DNA of 63,773 bases, filler included, from Reticulomyxa filosa (taxonomy: Eukaryota > Protista > Foraminifera): assembly GCA_000512085.1 (NCBI GenBank). It is 20 parts of 20 records of this genome, joined end to end, with 100 filler letters (N's around TTAATTAATTAA, not from the genome) between each part and the next. Parts side by side here need not be neighbours in the genome. Positions count along the whole stretch, not along the records: positions 32,848 to 40,192 come from ASPP01000164.1; positions 40,293 to 41,465 come from ASPP01033761.1; positions 41,566 to 46,705 come from ASPP01002772.1; positions 46,806 to 48,365 come from ASPP01020670.1; positions 48,466 to 49,642 come from ASPP01033608.1; positions 49,743 to 52,230 come from ASPP01002337.1; positions 52,331 to 53,993 come from ASPP01031410.1; 13 more parts are not named here. One strand, given 5' to 3'. Position 1 is the stretch's first letter; each line of letters opens with the position of its first letter. Shown piece by piece: positions 39,517-52,401 of this stretch. The notes beneath the pieces were generated by a model, which had not been told where the DNA came from, did no database searches, and worked only from the letters and a program-made list of their open reading frames with translations. The position numbers were made by a program, and so were the translations under genes.

Positions 39517-41565
39517 TAGCAAATTAATAACTTAGGAATATAATAACGATATTTTGTTGAAATTTCTAAAATAGAATTATTTGTTATCAGATAAAAAAGA
39601 TATTCGAATGTCTTTCTTCTTGTAATAATATCAATTGGAATTATTATTGAAATTTGTAATATCTACTAAATAATTTCACACAATATAAAATGTGAAAATC
39701 TCGACATCATTGTCAAATCTTTTCTGTAAATAAATTTTTTTGAAGTTCAGATAAAAAAGGGTTTCTTTTGCAGTCAATTTCATCATCATGCTTTACACAA
39801 CTTCAGCATACGTTCCCCGAAATGAATGAAGAGATCATTTCAGATGTATTAAAAATGGTTTCAGCAAGATGTTGAAAAGGCGGAGAATGTCTTAACATGG
39901 CTAATAGAGAACACGTAGCAATATATTTTATGTGTTTCTTTTCTCTTTTTTTACTAACAAAAACATTTCAATATTTTTAACAAATAATTGCTTTATATAT
40001 TTTAATACAGCACAAATTTACAGCAACAACATTATCTGATTGATCTATTCAAACAATTTGGCAATAAGCTAGGAAAAGAGACAATATCACAGACATGGAA
40101 AAATCACAATCAAATTTATGTTGATACATTCGAGAAATTAAAAGATAGTTGTGCAACTTCCAGCTTAAATGAGTTAAATGTAAATAAAATATNNNNNNNN
40201 NNNNNNNNNNNNNNNNNNNNNNNNNNNNNNNNNNNNTTAATTAATTAANNNNNNNNNNNNNNNNNNNNNNNNNNNNNNNNNNNNNNNNNNNNATCATTCC
40301 TATTTTTTATTTTTTTTCTGTATTTCAATTTATTCAGCAAATAAATATTTTTGTCTTCATCTTGCTTGTTGAGTGCAAAACAATACATAAAATTGTTCTT
40401 GACTTTAAAAATTTAAGTTTGTTTGTCTTTCAAACCAAAAGAAGCGTGTTCTTCAATTTGCAATATTTGATGATGTCCAAATACTTTTCTTTTCAAGAAA
40501 ATGATAATGTAGAAATGTTTAATTTTTCTACAGATGACTTCTTTATATTATCCATTTGTATTCATACCTTAAAAACACAAATATTATCTCAAAGAAAAGG
40601 AAAACGCTAACCGAAATGATATAACAACTAATTATCGCAAATGTCATCAATATTTATTTGCATCATTTGTTACAATACACTTCGGAAATACTGTTGAAAA
40701 AAAGGATATGTATATAAAATAATTTGAAATAAAATATAAAAGAAGAAATAAATTGAAATCACACAATCATATTGCTGAATTATGAATATAATAATAAATA
40801 AATTCTTTATTTAACATATTTTTTAATTATGAGATTAAGTTTTTTTTTAATTATTTAGTAAGATTGAAAATTGCATTATTAAAAATTGTTCAAAAAATTT
40901 GATTATTTATATAAAGCGTGCTATGTTCGAAAATAAGCACATGAACAACACTTTTTTATTCAACAAATTTTATTCTTCTTTTGTTTTAGATAAAATTATC
41001 TTTTGGAACAAAGTTTGAATGTTTAATACGAACAAATTGAACATAACAATCTTAATTTATTTATTATTCAAATGAACTTGATTTCAGTCGGTTTATATGT
41101 GAACAATTTCATTATATTCGCTCATAGATTAAAAATGTTGGCAGTAATTGTAATATAATAAAAATTTCTTTAAATGTATAAATAAATAGCCATATACTCA
41201 GAAAGAAGTTTATTCAAGACACATTTTTAAGTTTTATGTTTTTAAAGTCAACTAATCCTAAAAGAATTGCATGCAAAAATAACTTTTAAAAAAAGATTGT
41301 GAAATGAACTTTATAAATGACCATCATTTGTCATGCTGTCTCTTCTCACTTTCTAGTTTTTTCAATTTAGTTATGTCATATTGTTTGATGTCATAAAAAA
41401 AGCGTAAAATTTTGAAATCTTTTGCTTTGCTTGCTTCTAGCATTGTCTTTCATCAATAAGATATANNNNNNNNNNNNNNNNNNNNNNNNNNNNNNNNNNN
41501 NNNNNNNNNTTAATTAATTAANNNNNNNNNNNNNNNNNNNNNNNNNNNNNNNNNNNNNNNNNNNN

Positions 41566-41725
41566 ATTGCTTTGAATGGAATAACATATGATCGATCATC
41601 AATTATGAATCAATATCAAAGTATTCCAAATTATCCTTCTTTATTCATTGATGGAAAGTTGCGACTTTATCCTGATTATGGTTTGAAACAAAATATTCAA
41701 AATTTTTCAAAAAACTCAAAATGAT
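41566..41725 (+). CDS. 3' end of U-box family gene (paralogue of 46176-46705)
   Basis: IALNGITYDRSSIMNQYQSIPNYPSLFIDGKLRLYPDYGLKQNIQNFSKNSK*, nearly identical to the minus-strand copy, including the 3' flank. Confidence 0.85.
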
Positions 41726-42834
41726 GTTTTATCATTTTTGTGCGTGTAATTTTTTACTTTTTTAAAAAAAGAGTTGTAACAAATCATTTTAAGTACATTT
41801 CAAGTTTTGTCTAGGATTGAATAAACATAGTGTCATCACAAATACAATCATTTTTTTATGTGTTCTGTTGCTGCTCAAAAAAAAAAGAATATTTGATACA
41901 GTTTATGAAAGGACAAGTTTATTTCGTTTCTTTTTCTGAAACATCCGCAATCAAATGAAATTATTTTCATAATGAACTGGCTTAATTGATTGTGAAGTCT
42001 AATGTTGTGCTGAATATGAAAAATCAAAAACGAATAACTAAACACAATGAGTCAAAAATAAATAACTTAATTGAATTAAATTATAATTCAAACCTGTTAG
42101 TAGAAAAGTCTTCATTACTCATAAACACTTCTTCAGTTAGTTGCAAAAAAATATTTGAATATTTCAATTTTTGTTCAAATAATTTTATGAAATTTGTAAC
42201 ATCCGTTTCTTTCACATTTTTAAGATTTTTCCACATGCTATTGTCATTGATAGTACAAATGCATTTTTTATTGTCTTTATTTTCCCAATTGTTGGAATGA
42301 AATCCAAATATTTTTAAATGGAGGTTGTAAAATATCAGATTCTATTTTGGTGAGAGTGGACAATCGATGGGTGAAAACAGTTCCATTGAATACACCGCAT
42401 CCAAAGAATGGAAATGATTTGATACGATTTTATTTTGACACTAATGTGTTTCATTGTCAAGTCATCTCTTCTTTGTTTCATGTTTCTTAAATTGTAAATT
42501 ATTGAACATCCATTTGAAAGGATAATTATTTTTTTTGTTTGTTTAAATAAAACATCACAATTGGTTTGCTTTTCGTCTCAACAGCTTGTTTAATACACTT
42601 TGTCATCATAGTCAATTTTGAAGGTGAAAAGTCAACACTGTGATTAAGAGTGTAAATGAAAAAACTGATTATCATACTTTTCTTTCATAAAGTAAGTTAT
42701 CAAAAAAAAGATATTGTCCTTTTCAATTGAATATTACTTTTAAATTGCAGTTATATCTGTCTCACTTTCATTTTAATATTTTTATTTTAAAAAAAAATGA
42801 TTGAAAAAATCCATATTCAGCCAATAATATATTT

Positions 42835-43040
42835 TTACTGTCCCCAAATACGAATAAAGTCCCTACATGAACCGTAACATAGATTAATATCACAGCCAAT
42901 GTCATCATTGCTTTTTCTCTTCTTATCCTTTTTTAATTGTAAAAACTTAAAACACAATATTCCACTATCCTTATGTTCTCCTTTGATCACACACAATTGA
43001 TCCTTATTTGATCGAATATCCCAAAATCGAATTGTATTAT
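42835..43040 (-). pseudogene. Orphan 3' end of a WD40-family gene
   Basis: NTIRFWDIRSNKDQLCVIKG...GILCFKF...NLCYGS...IRIWG, homologous to 34414-34620. Upstream it is replaced abruptly by the retroelement. Confidence 0.8.
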
Positions 43041-45400
43041 GGAAAAAAGGTAAAGTAAAGCTGTATAAAAAGATGCCAACGATAGAAATTCCGAAAACAC
43101 TGCAAACGGATACAGTAAATAACATTGAAGCAAAGAACGAAATGAAGGATGGTCCAAATACACAATGCCGAAATTGTTGAGGCACAAAATGCGTTCTTGG
43201 AAATAGCATATAGAATAAGTGGACAGATACATGATATAAATGACAATATTAATGTGATAAATAAACAAATTGGTGAAGACGGAAAATACGCATAAGTAGA
43301 CAAATGAAGTAATAAAATCAGGTAAAACAATAAAAAAAATGTGAAGGTAATGTATGAACAGATACAAGAATCACAAGACAGAATAGTATATGCAGTGAAA
43401 GGTTTACAACAAGCAATTGACCAAGTAAATGTAATGGGGAATCAATATGTGGAACAAACAAGAGAAAGGAGTCACCAAATGAGTGATTATACGTTGAGAA
43501 TAGTAAAAGGAGATAGTGGAGAAGAAATAAAAAGATAGTACAAAGCACATACACAAGAAAGTCATACGATGAATGAAATAATAATTTTGGACAAAATTTG
43601 CAACAATGCGGACAACAAGAGATATTTTATATGATAAATTTTGAGAAATTTGATTCAGATGTAAGACTACAAGAAACAAGAAATTGCAGAAGAAAGTATG
43701 TTATAGTTAAAACACGAACGGCAAGAGAAGCAACTAAAATAAAGAGGAAGCTAATGAAAGCAAAAGAATATAATCGAATTAAGGGAATAGAAAGAATATT
43801 CAGGCACAAATAAGGATACAAATGAGAAAAATAAAGGGTACCAACACACACAGGTGGATCGAGTTCTGGATAGTATGTCATAGTCAAAGAATGAAATCCA
43901 ATTTATAACAAGCAGAACGGAAAGCCTATCGGAACAGATGGTAAATTCGAAGAAGCAAATAAATGAAGGAATTATCAAGTGGTGGAATGACAATCATGAA
44001 AGCAATGTCCGAAGCGGAAAGCAGAAGATCGAAAAAGTCAACAACAAGCGTGCGTACGATATCTGGATTGAAACAAATAGTATGGAGCAATAAGTGAAAA
44101 GTGCAAAAGATTCACTGGAGTCTAGAAAGAAATATAATTGGATAAATAAAAGATATAATGAATGGAAAAGAGAAGAATCGCAAGATAGAAGGAGAGTTGA
44201 TAGAAAATAGAAAGAAAGAACAAATAAATTAATCTTTTTTGGACAAGATCTGAACATGATGACTAAAGTGGAGGTATTACATCAAAGCTGATGGAAGTAA
44301 TAAGCTTTTCAACATTTTTTCCGATTGCTAATCCGCATACAAATAGAAGTGGTGACATGAAGTACGTAACTGCAGAAGCATAAACCACAATTGATGCAAC
44401 AAAAATGTGAAAAATACTGGTCCAAGCAAAAAAAGAATGAAATAACGATAGTAGAATATAAAAAAGGGAAAGACAGAAGAAATAGTGGATCTGAACAAGA
44501 GACGTTGAAAATAAGAATTAAACAAATCCTTGATCAAGTTGAACGAAGTAGCTCTTATATGTATGTGGAAAAAGCCAAAGTAAAACAGAAGGAAGATCAA
44601 AGAAGCATAGGATCTTCGAGAGGTTGAAGAGAAAGGATTATGTCGCAGAACTGAGGCCAACGGTGAAGCAGGTTGAAGGAAGGAAGTTCAAGGAAAGAAG
44701 AATTTATCATGGTGTTATGTATGGAGGGTACATATGATGAATTCTGTTTCTTGCAACCATCGGCAAAAATGATATAGGTAGAGAAAGCAAGAACAACAGT
44801 TAGAAAAAATTAGTTCAAAACAATATTTTTGAATATGCGTGTAAATTTTCGAAATAAAATAAGTGGATACGGTGGACACATTGAATAACCAGAACGGAAA
44901 TCGACTAATTGAGTGGTATCAAAGAAATGCGCTCCGAATATTAAGTATAGAGAACTGTAAAGTCATGCGAACAAGACAGACACAAACATATTTTCGATTG
45001 TCGATTACGCCATAGTGAATAATCATGAATTTCAGGTAGAATCAGGAATAAGAATTGATGTGTTAAAACAGCATGTGGCATCAGATCATTATCCAATAAA
45101 GTGCACATTCGAACAAAGGAAAAATGAAAAAATAAAAGCGGTTAGACTGCACGTTCCATATCACTGTAAAGTAAACAATTAGATAGATCGGATCCAGAAT
45201 ACGTTAAAAGTATTTGTAGATATGATGAATAAAGATACTGATGATACGAAGGTAAAAGAAAGATACAACACAATAATTGAATAGCTATACAAAACACTAA
45301 TTGATAACAAGATAATAACATTCAAAAAGAATTCTATAGACTTGGCAGTAATTGGAAGACCAGATGCAGAATAGCTACATAACATTTTGGAAGAAGTCAA
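43041..45400 (+). mobile_element. Decayed, truncated non-LTR retrotransposon (ORF1-like remnant + APE endonuclease remnant)
   Basis: Intronless, strongly A/G-skewed block. At 44850-45110 it reads NNQNGNRLIEWYQRNALRIL...SIVDYAIVN...VASDHYPIKCTF, the C-terminal motifs of LINE APE endonucleases (N.NG..L; IDY; SDH). Upstream coiled-coil-like ORF remnants and a possible knuckle remnant (HEVRNC). No RT motifs seen. Confidence 0.7.
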
Positions 45401-46175
45401 TATAATTTATTTCGTTTTCAAAATTATCAACTACATATATACACTTTTTCTAAAAACATTACTAAGAAATTTCTTTAAAAAAATAAAAAACTATAACCTC
45501 CTTTTTTTCTTCATTCTAAAACAATCTCCGGCATATTGTTAATTAATTTCTGACAAAATTCTACTATTGTTTTTTCCCATTAATCTTGGACAATCTCCCA
45601 CAAGCTTTGGATTGATGTCTGTTGATTTTTATGATTTATAATACGTCGTTTTAATTCATCCCACAATTGTGGAAGAAAGATATAACTAAGGACCAGTGCA
45701 TTAATATTTATGCTGTCTACTATTTTGTTTTGTAATTCAGATGAACAAACAATTGTAAAAATTAAACAATTAATTAACTCCCTCTTCTTTGCTATCTTGA
45801 TTGATCATAACAAAGTCAAGTCAGAATGACAGTTACCCACTTTATTATTTGATACAAAACAATTTAGTCACTGGAATAGACTATTAAATTATTCAAAAAT
45901 ATTTTTTATAAACTAATTGAAAAGGATTTTATAGTAATGAAGACTTTTCTACAAATAGGTTTTGAATTATAATTTGATTTTATTTTTCATAAATTGTATT
46001 AAATATTCTTTTTTTATTTTTTTGAGTAGCAACTAGAACACATGAAAAAATGATTGTATTTGTGAGGACCCATGTTTATTCAATCCTAGACAAAACTTGA
46101 AATGTACTTAAAATGATTTGTTATAAATTTTTTTTAAAAAAGGTAAAATTGAACATACACACGAATAATAAAACA

Positions 46176-46705
46176 TCATTTTGAGTTTTTTGAAAAATTT
46201 TGAATATTTTGTCTCAAACCATGATCAGGAAAAAGTCGCAACTTTCCATCAATGAATAAAGAAAAATAATTTGGAATACTTTGATATTGATTCATAATTG
46301 ATGATCGATCGTATGTTATTCCATTCAAAGCAAATACAGGATCATTCATAATTAAATTGGATAATGGACATAAATACTCTTTTGGAACAGCTTGTTTTGT
46401 GTAAATTTTATTGAATGAATCATAAATATCACAAGTTTGTAGAAATGTCTCGAAACAAAATATATCCATCCAATCATTTTTTGACATTTTTGATAAAGAC
46501 ATTCCATCCATTTTATTTTTTTTAATAATTTCATTGTATTGATTGATTTTTGATTTTTTACATTTCAAAGTATGTCCAATGAAAATTGAAATTTCTTGTG
46601 AATTCCATTTACTCCATTTCTTTTCTAATTCATTCCACTCTTTTTCTACCCAATTCTTGTCTTCTTCAACCAATTTTTGTAATTTATCATTCAATTCATT
46701 AAATC
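46176..46705 (-). CDS. 5'-partial SAM + U-box protein (E3 ubiquitin ligase family)
   Basis: SAM-like: WSKWNSQEISIFI...IIKKNKMDGMSLSKMSKNDW. U-box: VPKEYLCPLSNLIMNDPVFALNGITYDRSSI...LFPDHGLRQNI. Confidence 0.85.
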
Positions 46706-46805
46706 NNNNNNNNNNNNNNNNNNNNNNNNNNNNNNNNNNNNNNNNNNNNTTAATTAATTAANNNNNNNNNNNNNNNNNNNNNNNNNNNNNNNNNNNNNNN
46801 NNNNN

Positions 46806-47533
46806 GGATTGGAGTTGTTTATGAATAATTTATTTCAAGAATTTTCTTATGAAAACTTGCTTGGTAAACAAAGACTTTTTTTTTTTTTTTAAGGACATTA
46901 ACAAAAAGTCATTTTTTTTTTTTTAACAAAAAAAAAGTCTATTTTTTTTTAACAAAAAAAAAAGTCTATTTTTTTTAACAAAAAAAAATAGTCTATTTTT
47001 TTTTAACAAACAAATAAACAAACAAAAAAAAAGCTCTTATCGAATTCACTCAATTTCATAATTTTTTATTGACCGTACAAATGAAAGACGCAGGAACAAT
47101 AGCGACACTAGAGACAGAGGATATTCGGAAAGATCATAAATTAAGTATTATTCGTTTAAATATTGATGATGATAAATCTAAACCTCTTAACATTTTATCT
47201 GATAATCCAACATTCCATATTGATTTACCTTCTGATATTGTCCAATCTGAAATTGTATTTAATGATGCACTCACTCCTAATATCAAATTTAAGTTACTTG
47301 TAGAAAAGTATATTCTCAACAATAGTCAATTTGCTTTAAATTTATCTAATCAAAATAGATTTCATCTTATTCAAATTTACAATACAATAAAACATTCATG
47401 TAATTTACAACAAATTGACTATCGCGTTTTTAATTCATGCTCAGCAGAGCTTTATACTTTAATGCACGATAATTTTGCTCGTTTTAAACAATCTGATGTT
47501 TATATGAAATATTGCAAAAGTGTTATTCATTGA
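46806..47533 (+). CDS. RGS-domain protein, C-terminal part
   Basis: GLELFMNNLFQEFSYENLL, phase-1 intron 46864-47033, ALIEFTQF...LVEKYILNNSQFALNLS...VFNSCSAELYTLMHDNFARFKQSDVY. These are RGS motifs (EFSxENL; KYI....LNL; D.F.RF..S). Confidence 0.85.
46870..47012 (+). repeat. Intronic tandem repeat T(n)AACA(n)GTCTA, about 5 units
   Basis: Repeated ttttttttaacaaaaaaaaagtcta with variable homopolymer lengths. Confidence 0.8.
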
Positions 47534-48166
47534 ATGTTTATTTTTTTTTGTCATTGTTTTGATTTGCTCATTTTCATTGTTAAAAAAAATGAGTACTCGA
47601 ACTCAGATGGAGTAATTTCAGTGATCGAAATTTGAAATCGAATCATTTTAATAAGGACTTATATTTTTTTAAAAAGTGATTATAAATGCTGTTTACATAT
47701 TTATATATTATTAACATTTTTTAAAAATAATCTGCATCTTTTGTAATCTCCAAAAGGTATTAAAAAATGTATTGTGTCCTAATAAACATTTTGACTTTTG
47801 TTTTTTTTGTGAAAAAAAAAGCATTGTGACGACAACATAATAATAACAAAGTCGAGACAAAAAACGATATTAAAGTAATAGCCACACATGTACTGCGCAT
47901 AATATACTTTTTTGAGCAGTTTCAAGTGACGCAAATACTATGATGACATATGCAATTGAAAAAGAATATTAACTTTTTAGTATAAACAAGATGTACCTTG
48001 AATTGTATGAATACTAGATTGTATTTACATTCTTATCCAATAAGAGTACTTTTGTTTAAAACTCTTTTTAAGTGCTTTTTGAAGTTCCTTCGTGAGGATC
48101 TTAATTAAAAAAAAGTTCCAAGTTCTTTTTCTCTATCATCATTTAGGATATCTCAGAAGTTGAAAA

Positions 48167-48365
48167 ATGGGTAATCGTTCCAGTAAAAAAGTAACCCCAT
48201 CACACTCGCCAGTTAAAAAAGTAGCTCCCTCACACTTGTCAGTTGAAAAAGTAACCCCCTCACGCTCGCCAGTGGTAAGTTTCGTGTAAGCTCTTCAAAA
48301 AAACTGGTCACCTTTAAAAATTGGTTGTATGTGTTAAGATGAGTTGGTCAGAAGAAGAAGAAGAA
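48167..48365 (+). CDS. 5' end of a WD40-family gene with triplicated 10-aa N-terminal unit
   Basis: MGNRSS-KKVTPSHSPV-KKVAPSHLSV-EKVTPSRSPV|gtaagt (48167-48274), exon 2 from 48339. The start context tcagaagttgaaaaATGGG is identical to that of the WD40 gene at 35586. Confidence 0.7.
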
Positions 48366-48465
48366 NNNNNNNNNNNNNNNNNNNNNNNNNNNNNNNNNNN
48401 NNNNNNNNNTTAATTAATTAANNNNNNNNNNNNNNNNNNNNNNNNNNNNNNNNNNNNNNNNNNNN

Positions 48466-49390
48466 ACGGTTGTGCAATTGCCACTGTTGCAATAATAATA
48501 TTGCTCAGGCTGGTCCAATTCCAATGATTGTCGCACCTTTTCGTTACCACGTAAAAGATAATGTGTGTATGTGTGAATAGTGAAGGCATAGATTTTTTAT
48601 TTTATTTTGTCTTGATCATCAAAACAAACAAAAGTGCAGGGACATACCAAATCATGGATGAGCTCTGATATTAGGATCAACATTGACAATCACCTTAATA
48701 CCAAATATTTCCTATCCACGTTCGCATCCCATTTGTTCACAAATTTCCATTGCAATATTTTGTCATGTTTCATTACTTTGTATTCTAATGTCTCGTGGAT
48801 ACGCTTTCCACTCTTTTGTGCCACGCTTTTTCTTTTTTTTCCAACGTAGCAAAGCTATAACATGCCATTGTTTTTCCCATTTATGTGTACATAGTTCATC
48901 AAAAAGTTTTTTACCCCCTTTTTTTTTTTTTAGAAAAAAAAATTCTTGACATTTCCAAACTTTTTTTTTGCATCTAAAAATAAAATAAGTAAAAAAAAAA
49001 AAAAAGACCTCTTTTGTGGATTGGTGTTCAGTTCATGTATTTGTAATATAACGTCACTTTTGATTTTGTTTGTCCATTCCACATCAGATAGAAAACTTCG
49101 AACGCCTTGGTGAGTTTTGATTATGTACAATTGTTGTGATCATTTCCAAAAGAGTTTCTGCTCATATTGAAGCAATTCTTTGTTTTTATTTTCCGTTAAT
49201 TTTGCAAATCTTTTCATAGCGTTCGCCTCAATTTGATTTGGTGTTTTTTTTCATTCAAAGAGCTGTTTCAAAGAGGGGAAAAAAAAACACAACTAGAATA
49301 TCTTGATTCCAAAACGTGTATTGCTTTGGTAAATATTCATGTGCAACGGAAGCAAAGCACCGATCATGTCGAATACATGCTTCTTACTAT
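48466..49390 (-). pseudogene. Possible decayed PI3K accessory (helical) domain fragment
   Basis: KELLQYEQKLFWK*SQQL...VRSFLSDVEWTN resembles the PIK pattern L...EK.LLW..R...LPKFL.SV.W. YLLRGNEKVRQSL lies further downstream. Stops are present and the similarity is weak. Confidence 0.3.
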
Positions 49391-49742
49391 TTGCGGCCTT
49401 TACAAACATGATTCATTTTTTTTTTTTTGAACTTCTTCTTCACAAGGGAGAGCAGACTTTTATTTTTATTTTGAAAAAAAGAGAAAGAAAAGAGATAGTG
49501 CAGTTGAAGCGCTATATGCGAAAAAATTATTGTCTTCAATTTGTTATTTTCAATCTTGCTTTTCATAGAAATACAAATTAAAATGCATACACTATTATCT
49601 TTAGAAAACAATCAATATTGCTTATTCGCTTTGGCTTTGTTCNNNNNNNNNNNNNNNNNNNNNNNNNNNNNNNNNNNNNNNNNNNNTTAATTAATTAANN
49701 NNNNNNNNNNNNNNNNNNNNNNNNNNNNNNNNNNNNNNNNNN

Positions 49743-49778
<36 letters not shown>

Positions 49779-50059
49779 GTTTGGTTTAAAGACTTCGCTC
49801 TCTTTACAGTCGGGGTCGTTATCATTCCCATTTCCATGGGGTCGATTCTTATTACTCAACACGTAGTCATCGGACCCTGCTCCTCCTCCCCCTCCTCTTC
49901 CGAGGTCCAATGTATCATCGGCAATGTCGTTGAAGTCAATGCCCAATAAATTCGATGCCTTGATCGATGTGATAGTATCATCACCATTGCCTGATAGCGA
50001 TGGATTGCTGGTGTTGCTGTTGTGTCTGCTATGCGTTGCTCCCATTGGAAATAATATAC

Positions 50060-50095
<36 letters not shown>

Positions 50096-50524
50096 TGTTG
50101 TTACTTTATTATTATTACCATTGTTTGCAGTGGCGGCATTTTGCATGTTGTTACCCATCATTATTTGGTTTGAAGACATCACATCTCTTCCTCCTCCATT
50201 TGCTCTCGAACTTTGGAATGGCATCATCACCCATTGCATTGATATCGATACCAACAACGCCAGCTCGTCATCGTCTAGCAACAAACATGCCTCCGTCTCT
50301 TGCAACACATTCTGACAGTTATTTATCATACAACTTGGCAATTTCTTCTCATTCAGCTGCCGCATTATCAAGGCATGCGCACATTCGCGCGACATTTTGT
50401 GTTGGCAGATACTCCATAAGAACAAGTCTGTTTCCAAATGATTCCCACTACAATAATCACACCAAAACTTTGCTGCACCTGCAGTTTTATCTTCTTTTTT
50501 TTCTTGATTGTCCATCATAGTCAT
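49743..50524 (-). CDS. 3'-partial protein with N-terminal RING (RBR RING1-like) domain and poly-Asn tracts
   Basis: FWCDYC...ICQHKMSREC...I..QL....PSCMINNCQNVL follows RING1 spacing. A Gly/Asn-rich region follows, with (AAT)n at the contig edge. Confidence 0.65.
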
Positions 50525-50854
50525 CTTTTTTTTAAATTTATTATTTTATTCGCGAGGATTTTTAGGGATTAAAAAGTTCAAAAACAAAAAAGTGGGATAG
50601 CATTTGGAGAGTAAAAAAACAAGTAATTTTTTTATTTAATATTTTTGATGGTAAGCGTCTACTTTTTTTTGTCATGTCATATTTCATTCAATATACTAAG
50701 AATCAACAAAGCAACAATATTTTTATTTAAGATTGATTATTATCATACTACAGTTTTTTTGTAAAAATTAAATGTTTTTCTGTGGAAATTTCAAGGGATA
50801 ACCATGAAATAAAGTGAAAGCTATAATAAAAAATAATTTGCATTCGTTGTTCCA

Positions 50855-51565
50855 TCACCATATTCGAATTGTACGGTCTTGAGAACAAGACACAATATTA
50901 CTTCAATCTGATGAAACATCAACGCATAATACCGATTATGAATGTTGATCAAATTTTTGTATTTCTTTTCCCGTTTTTTACATTCCACAATCGAATTGTT
51001 TTATCTTTTGAGCAAGATACAATACTTTGACCATCTGGAAAATATGTTACGTAAGCAACAATATATGAGTGTCCTTTTAATATTTTTAATCTTACACCAG
51101 ATTCTACATTCCATATTCGTATAGTTTTATCATATGAACAGGATGCAATATATTTATTATCTGGAAAAAATGTAGCATATGATACAATATTTGAATGTCC
51201 TTTTAATGTTTTTATTTTTTTTTACCAGATTGCAAATCACATAATCCAATTGTTTGATCATCAGATGAATATTGTACAGATCTTACATAATTTGAATGAT
51301 CTTCAAATGTTTGAATCTGTTTTCCAATACCAATATCCCATAATCGTGTTATTTTTTCCATTGAATATGATATAACATATTTTCCATTTGAAGAAAAATT
51401 TACACAAAAAATAAAATATAATCCTTGAAATTTCATTATTTAATTTCCTGATTTTACATCCAATAATCGAATTATACTATCCATTGAACCTGATACAACG
51501 TAAAATTTATTTGATGAAAATTTTGCATCATAGATCGAATGATCATGTCCATTAAAAATTTGTGT
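50855..51565 (-). pseudogene. WD40-repeat pseudogene
   Basis: QIFNGHDHSIYDAKFSS...VSGSMDSIIRLLD, NFSSNGKYVISYS...TRLWD, LKGHSNIV, SQDRTIRIW. Many frameshifts and stops. Confidence 0.8.
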
Positions 51566-52401
51566 TTAATTTTATATTCAAAGTTCGGGTCCAGTTTTGA
51601 ATAAGTAAGTAATTCCACTTCCCGTTTAGGAGTTAGTATAGTTTCGTCTTGCTTTCTTTTTCATTCACCTCTGGTTCAGTTGTCTTGTTTTTTTTAAAGT
51701 TTCTTCAACCATTTCATGGTTCAATTTTTTTTTTTTTTTTTGGAGAAGTCTTTTATTTTATTTATTAAAAAATGATATAATATACAAATCATCTATATTC
51801 ATTGTAAAACATTCCTAAAACTTCCTTTCAAATACGTGGTATTTATTCCAACACTAATATGATCTGTCACATGTAAATATCAATCAAATATTTAAAGATA
51901 TGCAAAATTATTTAAACTTAAATAATTTCAAAATGATTTTTCAATTGATTATTACCACAAAATAATAAATAGTCAATAATTTTATGAAAAAAAAAAATTG
52001 TATTGCATGAACAATAATTAAATTATATATTTTATTATTTTCAATTTTTTAAAAATGAATAATTTAAGAATATTTATAAAAAATATCAATTTCTTTTAAT
52101 TTCTTTTTTTATTTTTGATTTAAATAAATATCTTGGAGGTTCAAGAATAAGCACATTAATGACACTTTTTTTAAAAAAATTATTTAGACAAGACAGTTAA
52201 TAAAAGAGATAATGTAGTATCATTTATTACNNNNNNNNNNNNNNNNNNNNNNNNNNNNNNNNNNNNNNNNNNNNTTAATTAATTAANNNNNNNNNNNNNN
52301 NNNNNNNNNNNNNNNNNNNNNNNNNNNNNNTCCAACGAAGGCACAGCCGCAAGCGAAACCGGAGCATAGGTGCCTCAGCCCCACTCAAGTAAGTGCAATA
52401 A

